From contig JAYWIR010000025.1 of assembly GCA_036172245.1 (NCBI GenBank), positions 2,418,001-2,482,000 of the forward strand: a stretch of 64,000 nucleotides of DNA. The letters run 5' to 3'. Below the pieces are notes generated by a model. It had not been told where the DNA came from and did not search any database. It saw nothing but the letters and a program-made list of their open reading frames with translations. Position 1 is the stretch's first letter; each line of letters begins with the position of its first letter. The DNA comes from Raillietiella orientalis. Lineage: Eukaryota. The position numbers were made by a program, and so were the translations under genes. Below are positions 10,945 through 23,800 of the stretch, one piece after another.

Positions 10945-12422
10945 TGACCAACTTCGTGCATTCCGAAACGGGGAGGACGTCTCCGCGTCGAAAAACCGAA
11001 CGGGCATCCGGGGCGGAAGATGAAGATCCACTTTCTTCCACCCTGCACCGCGGGTCCCGCCCGCGAAGCGCTTCGGAGGCGGTGCGGACCCGCTTTCGCC
11101 GCCGCCGGCGGGTCATGACGAGAAAATGGGACGGGAGGGGACTCCGGCGCGCCCTCGGCTAGCGTTACTGTCGCGGCGCTCCGAGCGCCCGTGGACCGAC
11201 CGAAACGCTGCATCTCCCCGACGGGTGCGCAACTTGGATGCGGGAAGATGGCAGGCAGAGCATCGCGTCCGGCCACGGGAAGAACCCTCTCCCGTTGCCG
11301 GGAAGGCGATGTCTTCCGCGAGCCCCCCGCGTTCTGTTCCGCGACCGGGCGGCACAGGAGAGAGAAACGGCTGGGGCGACGGGCACGCGGCGAGTGTGGG
11401 CGCGTCCTGGACGGTTGCGCGTCCGGCATCCGTTTGGATGACCTCCTTCCTCTCTGTCCGTCGGCGGAGAGCAGGGAAGAATGCATGGACACGGAGCCGG
11501 CGCCAGCCGAAGACCGTCCGGGACGACCTTTGGCGGCGGACGATCGCGCCCGCTCTCGTTGAACTCGGTGTCGGGCGGACGGCGCCGCGCCACGGAGCGA
11601 GTCGAGCTCACGGCGAAGAAGCGAATGGCTGGCGCCGCCGCTTCGCAACGCGTGTCTCGCGTTGGTGTGACCGGGATTGCGAGCGGCTTGCGAGGAGCCG
11701 GGTGCGGGAGACGATCGCCTCCTCGAGACGCGCCGGACACCAGAAGGGGGGCAGGGTGAGGATCTCTTCCCGTCCGCGAAGCTCTTCCCGGTTTCCGCGA
11801 GGCCAAGCAAGAAGGAGGGCGCTCTCGCTGCGCCGCCGGTTGCGCGTTCCACCTGGCCTCGCGATCGCAGTGGATTGTCCGGCGTGGATCCGGCCACGGA
11901 GCGCGACGCCTTGTGCGATGCTCCGGGCAGCCGGACGCAAACCACTCTCCCGGCCAACCACCACCCCCGCGAACGCCACCGATCGTGGATGCGCGAGAGG
12001 AGCAGGAGCAGCAGCGGGAATGGGGATTCCCCCGGAACCGGAAGCGTGGGCAACTGCGCGCCATCGACCATTCGATCCGGCGTCGGGATTCCTGTAGGCA
12101 GTTTGTGCTGCTTTCTCCGTCCTCCGCGAGTGTTCCGTTCGACGCCCCCGTCCCCCTCCACTGCTGCCGCCGATTTCTCCGAAAGTACTCCGACGACGCG
12201 CTTGCTTCTTGTCTCTGCCGCATCCACCGAACCGGGTGGAACGCCCTGGCCAACACGAAAGTGTGCACACTTTTGTGTTGGCTTCACGAGGGCGGGAGGC
12301 ACGACTCCTGAGGGCACGCGCGCCCGTCTCTGGAGGCAGGTGCCCGCCGCAGCAGCAGCTGGAGCTTGCCTTCCGCCAGAGTTTCCAGGACCATGCCATC
12401 GCGTGGGGAGCCGAGCCCCGCA
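10945..12422. repeat. Copy B of 1.48-kb inverted duplication
   Basis: Reverse complement of 1414-2890; the ORF track shows near-identical translations on opposite strands. Confidence 0.97.
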
Positions 12423-12423
12423 G

Positions 12424-12915
12424 GAAGGAAGTGGACAGCTCAGTCGGCTCTGCAAGGTGCGGGATGAGACGCTACCGCACATCGTGAATCACTGCAAGAG
12501 GCATTCTTGTCCGTTCACTGCGCATCATGATGCGATCCTGGAAGAGTGGATGTAGAGAAGTGGATTCGCCGTGGGTAGACTCCCCCCTAAGACCCGACTT
12601 GGTACTGCAGAAGAGCAATCGGATGGTGGTCCTGGACGTCTGCTGCCCGTTCGAGAATGGAGAGGGGGCGTTCCGCTGAGTCAGACGAAGCAAGCTTGAA
12701 AAATATCAGCAAGTGGCCCTCTAGTTAACCGAGAACAGGAAGCATTGCAAGGTTGATGCCTTCATCGTCCGCCCACTCGGAATCTGGAATCGAGGGAACG
12801 ACTCGGTGCCACACGACATCGGAGTCTCTAGCAAGTAATCGGGGTAGATGAGGCACCTTATGGTAGCCTCATGTATCCAATGCACTAGGGACACCTGCTG
12901 GACCCACCTATAGGA
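12424..12915 (+). mobile_element. 3' end of an RLE non-LTR retrotransposon (NeSL/Utopia/R2-group), pseudogenised
   Basis: SRLCKVRDETLPHIVNHC...HHDAIL (CCHC knuckle plus RH[DN]), then LRPDLVLQK...VVLDVCCPFENGEGAF*...KLEKYQ...VDAFIVRPLGIW (PD-(D/E)xK domain); stops and frameshifts present. Confidence 0.85.
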
Positions 12916-13479
12916 AGAATCTCGGAAGAGACTGAAGCCACTTTGCAACCCGTAAAAGCAGGCGAGCTCTCCTCACGAGAGACAGCCGGAGAACGGGGTG
13001 CTGACAACACACCGGAAGAGGAGCAGCCACCTTCCCAGGCTGATGCAAAAGGAGATTCTGAAGAACAGGAAACAGTCCCTCCTGTGATCCTATTTCAATG
13101 CACTGCTCATTTCTTGCCCCTGTAAGTGTTCTGAAGAAAACGTAGACGTTTTGCTCCTCTGAGTTCGTGTGGATCCAAAGTGCACGAGGAAATCATTTCA
13201 AGAATTTTGTTTATTTGGATGCTTCGTTGTACACAGAATTGCTACGAGGCTGAAGCATTGTAGATATGCCATCGAAGATATTTTTGCAACAAATACCTAG
13301 CAGAAAAGAATACACGAAAAATAAAGTGCAAGATTGAATTTTTTATTTTTGAAACTCGAATTTCAAGTACGGATGTCTTTTCGAGTTTTGCGCGCTGATT
13401 TTTCTCCTTGTCAGTTCCGAAATTGAGTGAGTTTTAAGTCCACAGGTTCCTCCCTTTCAAAGTTTTCACTGAAGCAATG

Positions 13480-16400
13480 CTGTTGCAAAGAAGCAAACAC
13501 ACCCATGAAGAAGACTTCGCGGTGAGGAACGCGAGCGCTAGGAGGTCTTCAAACTTTGATGTCGCTACGCAACACAAGAGAGCATCCTTCGTAATGATCA
13601 TTAGCATTATCTACAAAAACAATGCACGGATATCATCAATGTACGGATTTCAAATTAAGAGATACAAAGTCAACATGTTTTGCTTGCTTCGCACATGGCC
13701 AATGGCAACTCGGTTTGGCCCTCTTTGGTGAGATGGAATGTATGAGGAAGAGGAATGGGGTGGCTGCATTGGTTTGAGGAAATCAGCTCCGAAGCATCCA
13801 CGATCTTCGAGAGCACTTCACACTAAAACTACAAGATGTTTGCTGCATTCAAATGGCTGAAATGGATAGAATGCAATCTTGCAGATCAATAGATATAAAT
13901 TACATGATAGAAGTGTCTAAAAAAAAAAAAGATCTGCGGATGCAAAAGAGGAATGAATGGAGATCGAGGACCGAATCATTTAACGAATTTGAAAAAAATT
14001 CTGATGAAAAAGAATACTAGCTTGAAACCTTTTTGCGGGGCATAATTGGGCACTTGCTTGCTAACAGAGCTGCATCCATCGTATGAAATTCTCCATTTCT
14101 TTTTGTAGGAAAGACAAAAGCTGTTAACCTTCATTGCATCCTGTCAAGAATTGTCCTTAGATTCCCAGTGTTCACTGATACTCGGATATTTGCTCGGAGA
14201 TGCGTCCTTCAATGGTGTTTTGAAATTGCTCTCGTAGAAAAATGGTTATCAGTGTGCCGTCAACCAATATGCTGAGGAGAACGGAAGGAGTACAAAATTC
14301 ATTTTCGCTGTAGCAAAAGGTTGAATGAAACTCAATACACACACACGCATACACAAAAGAATGCAATCTTCTCCATTTGATCTTACTGCTTACTGCTTAA
14401 CATTTCGAAGAGTTCAATATAAGGGCGCTCACTTCTGTTGTAAGCCTCAAGATGAATCCCGGAATCCTCATATCCCTATTGAAGATGCAGTGGCGAGCTA
14501 TCTCAACAGGTGGTGGTCAGAAAAATCCGTCGATTGCGCTGTCCTCGACCAATCTTTTCAGCTACCCTCGACTTAAAGTTGTTGATATTTCGAAAGTTTC
14601 TCGACTTGAAATCTATGGAGAAAAAAAAAAGCAAAAACAATCATAGGCACCATACTGCCATTCGACATTCCTATTCGCTGACATGTACAGAGCCATTTGT
14701 GGTGATTTTATTTAGACTCTTGAGCAGTCTCTTTGCTGAACACTTTGATCAAAGGGACTGACCTTTTTGCGACTTTTTTTTTTTTTTCTCTCATCAGTTT
14801 TCAATATTGTTTTGTCCTGCTTTAGGGACGGTGCTTTCCCTGACCAGTGTTTACTTTTACCTTTCCATAAGAAGCTACCATGAACAAAATTCTCAAGATA
14901 GTGCAAATTTCGATACAAAGAATGCCATAATTTTCAAGTTTACGAAAAGATAGGTCGCGGAGTATTTTCAGAAGTATCATTAATTGATTTCGAATTTCAT
15001 TGATTCACAAGTATATCGGGTAAATGATTTCAGGAATGTTTCTTGTTTTCATCTCGTTTCAACGTATGCAGAAGAGGCTGCTGTACTGTTGGTCATGTGG
15101 TGAATACTATAAAGTTTCCAAGATTCAAGTGGGTGTTACTTTTAGGTGGAAAGCTCGAGGGCCTATCTGTTTGGTACCATTTTCTTAAAAAAAAAAAAGC
15201 ACGTAAAGCGAGTATCATTTTATGTTCATACATTCCAGACAATACCTTTCAGGATTCCGACGCCGGTGTTTTCCTTTCAGAATTTCTGATTACAATCCAT
15301 TCTTAAATGGAAATCTCAAGGTTTCAGAATGATCTCATTTGAAAATATCAACGGATTTAAGTATGAAGAAAATTCTGATCTGCATTCTTTCGTATCTCTC
15401 GTTGTTTCACGAATTCGTCTTATCCATTTATTCCTTTTTTTTTTTTCTTTTTTTTCGACAGGAGAACAGCATGATTCATTTGCTAAAAGTAGATCTTAAT
15501 TCTCTCGAAAAAACTTTTTCCTTGCTATCTATTTTGAGGTGATTACAAAGCATAGATATGTGCAGCAGTTCAACGTCATCGATAACTTGATGTGCTGATC
15601 CATGAGTTCTCAGAAGAAAATTAAGGTGCTGGCGCATGCCAAGACTTGGAGAAGAAGCAACATTTCAACATAGTTATGTTTCATAAAACACCAAATATTC
15701 AAGGAGTAGATTCTTCGCTATGCCTTATAGTTTCCGAACCCTATGTCAAGGATATTTTGATCACTGATGTTGCCAAAAATGATTGTGAATACCAGAGACC
15801 CTGAATCTCGAAGATCAACAGAAAGTTTCTCTGGTCCATGGAAGCCATGAATTAGAGTGTATTGTTTCCTAGCTGCATGTTGCTCTGAAGATAAATAGAT
15901 TTTCGTGTTTTTTAAAGACCACACATCATAAGCCCAAGTACCAAGCTGGAACAACCTGTTATAACTCCAGATACTAGACATATCTCCAAGGCAGAATAAG
16001 AATTCTGCACATTCTCGGTGCCATGGGTCTCAAAGGCAAAGCCAGTATCTCAGAAATAAGGAATTTATCGAGGAATTCCAGTTCACTCGGATAAATAACT
16101 GAGGCAGTTTGAGAAAATCAGTCTCCGAACTCTCGGAATATATTTCACGTAAAGAGTTCGTTTCGTTGAACTGCAGAATCGATGTAACATGATATTTTCT
16201 TCATCTGCAAAACACCCATTCATGAAGAAAAGCAAACAAATGTTCTACAGCTTGAAATCAAAAGCTCGTTGCTTGCAAGGTGTTTTGTTCGCTTCTATTT
16301 TATGCAACTACCTTGTACTGTATCAAAGACACAATTTCCAAGATACAAGTTTCTTTATTTGCCAAATCTCGAAGCTTACGTACGTGCCTCTGGATTCTGC

Positions 16401-17100
16401 TTCGGGCTATTCAAGGGAACACTAGGCAAATATCTGCAACCATTCTCTAAAATACAAAGCAAGAAACTGTTTTTCGCAACCCAATTTAGTGTCTGGATGA
16501 AAGGGAACCCCAGACTTAGAGTCAGTGAATAATAAACTCAGCATTTTTTTTTTTTTTTTTTAAAAAAAAAAACATCTTGTGACTCTTGCTTCTAAGATTG
16601 TATTCCATCGTATCGGAGTCGTCCAAAGTACAAGCCATGTTCTCAAATGTTCTCACGTGCTACAAGTGGTTCTCTTATTATAAGCCCCCTACTTGTATCA
16701 AAGCTGTTGGACGTTAGCTAGATTGATTTCTGGTACCGTACACTGAAGAAGGGAATCCATTTAAAGAGCTCGGTTTCGAGTAACAAAGAAACGTGTTCTA
16801 CTTCTATTCACCACACAAAAAATGTCTTTTCCATTCTTGAAATAATTGTTGCTGTCTTTCAGCTTGTCTTTTGCTTTTCTACTGTATCGATCAATGGTTT
16901 CATTTTCATGCATGAGTTGCAAAAACTCAACTGATGGTGAATTGGAAAAGGATTTACAATATGTACTGATTGCTGAGTACATACGTTGTTTTTCCAATTT
17001 TTCCATCACTGCACTCCCACTGATGTATTCCTTTTAAGTCCAACTTTTAGCAATCAAATGTACTTCATCTTAAATTCTTTAATTCAACAATAGTCCGTGG
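13480..17100 (-). mobile_element. Very old AT-rich L1/Tx1-like remnant
   Basis: Linker-like AISTYCKSFS...RSRTRFF at 16.8-17.0 kb; GDMSSIWSYNRLFQL...Y (KGD...NWRPISLL) at about 15.98 kb; no intact frame; ends approximate. Confidence 0.3.
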
Positions 17101-18010
17101 TTAAACAATTTCCTTTCTTTCTTTCTTTCTTTCTTTTTTTTTTTTTTTTCACAGTAAATTGCTCTTATATAAACAGTTTCGGTTTACATCTGCCCAGAAA
17201 ATGTAGGTGTTAAAACTTGAATGAAAAGAGGGAAAGTTTAGAAAAGGAATATCTGTCCTTGGGGGTTTCCTTCACATCCAGGAAAATAAAATGAATTCAA
17301 ACTGATGTGTTCGGTAGAAAAGTTTTCAAACTTGGCTGCGTTGAATTCCCTCCAACACTCAAATGCGTTTTTGTTATTGGAAGTGTAATTAATCCCCCGG
17401 ATGTGTAAAACATTCCCATTGAGTGTGGCTATCGGAAGTTTCCCAGTTTTTATTTTTTTTAGATGTGTGGATTTTACGGTCTCTCGATAACACACATTGC
17501 TGTTTTCCTAATAAGAAGTAAATAATAATGAAAAGCATGATATTGTTAGTATTCCCAGCACATGCCGCAAATGGAATTTACGTAATTTCATTAAGTTGTC
17601 CATCCATAAATACCTATATGTTGGAGTGATTAGTTCCAGTCTTCCTTTGAAAGAAGAAAAACTAAATAAATAATTTATCTATTAGTGAGAGTAGAGGCAA
17701 TGAATGAAGGACTAAAAGTAGATAAACGTAAGGCTTTAATGTATCTATCCTGTCTCAGTTATTTTGTTTGTGGTATGAGGTTACCTGTCATTCTTATTGT
17801 CTGTCATGATCCTTCAAAAACTTCGTTTTACTTTTCATATCTCCAAAGCTAGGCAATACCTTAAGTACAATGGAGTATACTGACTTTTGTTTGATTATTT
17901 GTGGTGCTTCTTTAAAGAATCTATGTTCAAAACTTTCATGTATTTATGTGAATGTTTTTTTGAATTTTAAAACATCTTTGTGAAATTTTGTTTTGTAGAT
18001 TGCGCAAAAG

Positions 18011-19608
18011 ATGGAAAATGGTGATGTTTCTGTTAATGATTTAATGCTAGTGGTGAATAATATAAAAAAGACTTCCTGGGATCAATTATGTAGTGAAGAT
18101 CTAAGGTGTAACCAATCTGTAGATGAGTTTTTTCTGTTACTGGAAAATGTTACGCTTAGCAAGTTGAATAAAACACAGCTGGACGCATGTGTTAACATTG
18201 TAATAAGGTCTTCAATTTGTAATACTAAAAGTATAGCTGCAAGATCTTTGATATATCTTTCAAAGACAGATATTCCAAAAGAATGCATAAAATCTAAAGT
18301 AGATGATATAATCAAAAGTTTAAATAAAATTTTCACTGAAGCACATTTGAAATGTTCGTCTTTAGAAGAAGAAGCTTTGGGCATCATAGCAAAGTTATCA
18401 GAAATAGCTTTTGATGAAATGAAAAAAAACACTTCATGGTTCCCCTTAATCTATAACAGCCTCTATCAGGAAAACTGTGCAGTTAGAGAAAAGGCTTTAA
18501 GCACACTAGATTCAGTAGAAATACAATTTAGGTTAAACAAATCTGAAAAAGTTCTTTCAAAACTTCTCACTGAACTGCTGCAAAAAGATAGTATAATAAA
18601 TAAATGGAAAGAAACAATTCAGTATAGCAATGAAGAAGTTGATTTAGACACTACTTTGAATGGCTGGACTGTATTTGTAAAAATCTTAGGGGAAGAATTA
18701 CATCAAAACTCAAAACTAATAAATCAACTTCTGTCCATTATGGAAAGAGGTTTTGAGAGAATACGAGTCAGGCACAAGACATTTTTGGCCTGGAGCTCTT
18801 TGGTCGATAATTTTGCTCTACGTGAAGAGATTCTGTTTAATAAGAAACGGATCAAATTGCTTCTAGCTCCATTGGTGAATCCAAACTCTCGCAGCAGCTC
18901 AATAGCTGAGGCAAAATTTCACACATGGTGGCATCTGTTGTGTGAAATGGGAAGCAAAGTCCTCAATTGTGAAGAGGATATAGTGACTCTGTTTTTGAAT
19001 TTTTGTTTTAATATAGATTCTAAACCTGAAAATCATTTTGCATCTAAAGAGAAAATGAAAAAAAAATACCCACCCCCAATTGATGATTCTTTACAGGCAT
19101 TAGCACAAATCTTGTGTACAGGGGTGATTAATACTGCACCCACAGTATACAGTATAGAAATTCTCAAAAGTCCCCTCTTACCCTCAGTGCAAGATTTTAA
19201 TGAGCATTCAAAAAATCTCATTGCAATTGTGTGCCTAGGCATGAAAGAAGTTCTTGAAACAAAGATCAAGCAAGAGCATGGAATACTTTTGCATACAGTA
19301 TGGAATGGACTTCTTGCACAACTTAAAAGACTATCAGATCAACAGCTTCACAAAAAAGTGCTGGTTGAATCAGTGCAAGATTTGCTAAAATTGCTGCAAA
19401 CCTTATCTTCTAAGGAAAATTCAAAAAATGTTGAATTTGTGTTAGAACTGATACAGACCTTGGCATCTAAATTTAATCATCGTATTTTAAGTTCCCAATT
19501 ATATACTTTTATGACTACAAAACAAATGCATAGCACTCCAGCATCAGTTCTCTTAAATATTCTTTTATCATCATCGTCTTTGAAGTCACCTATGGCTAGT
19601 GAGTCAAA
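18011..19608 (+). CDS. Rif1: Rif1 coding exon 1 (N-terminal HEAT-repeat region)
   Basis: 533-aa ORF; acceptor ttttgtag at 17998 just upstream; donor AA|GTGAGT (phase 2). Confidence 0.9.
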
Positions 19609-20816
19609 GTGAGTAAAGTTTTTCTTTTAACATTAAAATGATGATTGCTAGTAATGTAATGTTTCTTCCGATTCACTGAATTGAAAGTCACTTCGTTATC
19701 TATGATTTATTTATGTCACTTTTTAAAGTTTGACATGAGTGAAATGAACGTAACTTTAGTTCTGTATCCATTTTTGTGTCATTCTTTCAAGTATTTCAAG
19801 CATGCTAAGGTCAGTTAGTAGCAGTTCTACTAACTTTTGCGTGTAGTTTCCCTACTTATCGCTGCACTCTTAATGGTTCTTTCTCAAAATCTAGGATTGG
19901 AATAATTTCTTAATGAATGCACGAATTACATTATATGTGTATACAAATGTATATTGCTGATGTGCTTACATTTCATACATCATTAAATGTATGATTGTCA
20001 CATCGTGTAATGTAACAATATGGAGCAGTTGCCTGCCGAAATCCTAGACATACCAAAAATAGTACAATTTACCACAAAACAAAAAACGGGTTTAAAATTG
20101 TGTGTGTTTTTATGAAGTGCAGCATTTGATGATTGGTAAACGTTGAACCAAGTGAAGCACGAGAACTTACGTGAATTCAGATCTTATTTTTCTGGTACAT
20201 TGAAATGCTCGAATATTCCATGGTTTGGTCTAACAAGTATTTCAATAAGAATTCAAAATAGAAGTAAGAATTTAGGCATGTCCTCTGAAATCTATTTAAA
20301 AATTTGCCAAATAAATGGCAGTACAATCAACACATTTGTACATTTTAATTTTTAATCTTTCAACAAAACATTCAGAATTAAAATGTGCTTTAATCCACAA
20401 AATGTGCTTTATTCCTGAAAGGCTACATTAGTTTTTCCCATTAATGTAATTATGGAGTAGTTTGCCTGCTTATTGTATGAAGATTTTTTTGTAAAAAATG
20501 AAAAAAAAGTTCAATCTGCTTGTTTTCTGTAATACTTTTGATAAGTTTCGTGGACAGTGATTTGAACAAATATTCATACTTACTTTGTAAGATTATGTAT
20601 TCATTTGAACTTGACATGCAATCAAGTTTGATGAAGATTTTTAAAGCCCCAAATATGTTAACTCCATTGCAAATTGAATGTTTTCACTTACTCACATCAA
20701 GCTGCACACTTGATAAAAGCACTTCCCCCTTCCCCCGTGATAATGCTTCCTCATTTCATTTTTTTCCCCTGATACACATCATGGTATTCCTTTATGTTTT
20801 GCATTCTATGTCCTAA

Positions 20817-20869
<53 letters not shown>

Positions 20870-23800
20870 TACGAGCTCCAAATTTTTTTTTGTTTTCATT
20901 TTTTGCACAAGTCAGATGCAGAATAGGAAGCATTTTTTTCATTGGTCTTCTGTTTAGATTGTTGCATTTATAAAGAAATGATTTTTTTCCAATATTAATA
21001 TTCTAATATAAGAAAATAATTTAAATTTTCTTAGAATTTTTTCCCTCAAAATTTACTGATGAAATTCTCTGTGCAGCCTTGTTTTGTTGATTTTTTATCT
21101 TGAGTTCCTTTGTTTTCCTTAAAATAAGACTAAGAAAAGCTACAATGTCTATTAACTGCATGCCTTTGTTGAAATGTGAAAAAGGTTAGTGAGGATAATG
21201 AGCTGAACACATGGCAAAGAACAAATTCATAGAAAAGCATAGTATGAAACAAAGAAAAATATTCTGATATTTGTATACACAGCCATGATCCACGTTTCAA
21301 ACATCCTGAAATAGTAGGCTGTAGAACCAGTAGCATGATGTAGCAGTAAAGGAGACGTTAGCTGAGAAGATATAGGGTGTCATAAATGTTAGAGTAATGG
21401 GGTTTAATTGTACAGAACTTCGTGTCTGTTGCTTGTTCTACAGTTTTGGAAGCATTGAAGGATTTTCTGTAACTATAAATATTTTGTAAAATATATTATT
21501 CTCATTATTGCAACAACAGTTATGTCTTGTGATTGTATTGTTTGGAATTTTATTATTTTTTTGCAATGTACAGTGGAGGAAAGTCCATTGCATTTTTAAA
21601 TGAAGATTATCGCATCTTTCAATGAAAGTTTAAACATTGGGAACTTATGGTAAGTAGGTTTAAAAAAGAGGTGAGTTGAAAACCTGTGGTGGGTGTTGTT
21701 TGTCAGTTAGAAACAATTTGATGTAATTAAGTCATCCCATTGATTTAAATGTTGACTTTTTTAATTATAAAAAAAGTCGTAGAGGAAAAAAAATCTGCAT
21801 GTAATTAGTTGTTCTCGGAAACAAATAGAAAAAAGTTATCTTCTTTGTTGACTTTGTATCTGAGACAGGATTAAATAATGTAAATAAATATTCACATTGA
21901 TTCAATATAATGTTTGTATATAGTAGTGTTAAAGTTATAAAATTTAAATTTTCTAACGAATTGAATTTCATTTTGTTTCATTTTTTTAGGTATGCTGGCT
22001 TGTTGCAGTCACTTTTATCTCTAGGTATGAGTATCCCTGGATCAGCTCTTCCTCTCATTCATAGCATGATTAAATGTTTGTCAACTTCAGTACAAGAAAT
22101 ATTAGAACAGTGTACTTGTGAAACAGATAAAAATCAGTGCCTTGTTTCAGCATCATTTTTATGGATGAAAATAGCTAATTCTTTGTTGGAGCAAATTAAA
22201 ATGAATCAAGAAGTGAGGGTGTTAACTTTTGTTTGTTATCATATTGAATTGATGTCATTTAGGTCAATCAAGGAGACAGTGTGGAATATGATTTCAGTTG
22301 CATTTATGATACACTTTTGTTCCCAATACAGTTCATCATTGTGGAAAGTCAAGTTATTCAGGTATTAAGAACGTTTTAATATTACATTGTTAGTTCTTTT
22401 GCAGGGCACACAAAAATTAGTTGTGAAACTATGGTGTGACTTGTATCGTGCCTTCATTAACTGCACTGCATTGATGACCACAGTAACTGGGTACAACATT
22501 TTGGAGGAGTTTTGCAGGAAGTTGGTGACTGCATTGCATGCTTCTTCTTGCCAGATACCACCATTTGGTTTGGATATGTTGACCACTCTTATCAAATGCA
22601 TCATAACAAATGTTGATTTCAAGAAGACAGAATCCTTAAGCAGTAGGTCAGGAACTTACAGCTCGAGACCTCTGTGTTTACTATGTGATACCACTGCTAG
22701 TCCTAGAAAATGGGTTGAGCGCAAGCAAAAACCTCTGGGCAATCTGACATCTTTGGTTCATCTGCTTCAGTATATCATACCTTGTGCATTGAGCCACAAT
22801 GGCAATGAAGTTATCCATTCTACATCTTCAGCCTTGATTACCACAGTTGATGTGATCAAAGTAATATTTCTTCGGACACCTGTTTCTGTTCCAGGAAGTA
22901 GAGATTTTGGCCCTCTTTTGATTAATTTGGCAGGTTCTTTAAGTATGTTGTATACTAATGAGCTGATTGGCCGTTTTGGTCCTATTTACAAAGCAAGAGT
23001 AGGTACACTGTATGGTCATTCATGTATTCTGTTTCTTACTTGAACAGTTAGAAACATTATGGGCAACAATGTCGTCTCTCCTTTTGAATTATAGTACCCT
23101 AATGCTCTTAGAATCGTCTTTATTGGAAAGCCTCACACCATTGCTAACAAGCTGTTTGTGCTGTCCTAAGCCCATTCGTTCTCAGACGCAAGCTTTGCTA
23201 CGAGATATCTCTAAAAAGGACATTATTCTGCCTAGTGAATTACAAGAATGCCTTGCAAGGCCAAAGCTACTATCTGTCTTTAGTTTGGTTGACCCACCTG
23301 CAAATGGTAGCAGTCAGGATGGTGACATAAGTATTCCATCATCTCCTATGTGCAAACTACCTGTTCTTGGAGTCAACTTTCCTCAGAACTGTCCACGAAA
23401 CCTGTCAGTGAATACTTCCACAAGCAAATTAACCATGGATGATACTCATCCAGCTAATATTGTATCATTGATTGATGCAGATTCTCAGGTAATCTAACTT
23501 CGATGTTCGTTTTAGAGACTTTAGAAACCATTTGAACAAGTGGAAACTGACATCACTTTAAGTTCATTTCTTAACACTGGACAGTGACAATACTTATCAT
23601 TGATTAGGGGTGATCAAACAGTGCAATGTTTTGACTGACTCTGGTTTTAGGATTTTGTCAAAATTGATTCACATGTTGAAGTATTATCATCTCGGCTTCT
23701 CACGGAGCATCAGAAAGAAAAACTCGAAAGCAGAGCTGAGGACATTCCTGCACTGTATAGTGATTTGTCACAGGATGCCAAGTGCAATGCTATCTGTGAT

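Noticed and set aside
1414..12422. Polinton/Maverick or other autonomous giant TIR element
   Set aside because: No integrase, PolB, ATPase, capsid or transposase ORF between the arms, and no shared outer TSD (AC vs GG).
17700..17727. Extra upstream Rif1 coding exon (ATGAATGAA...AAAC|GTAAGG)
   Set aside because: Splicing to 17999 puts this ATG out of frame with Rif1, so it is more likely 5' UTR.
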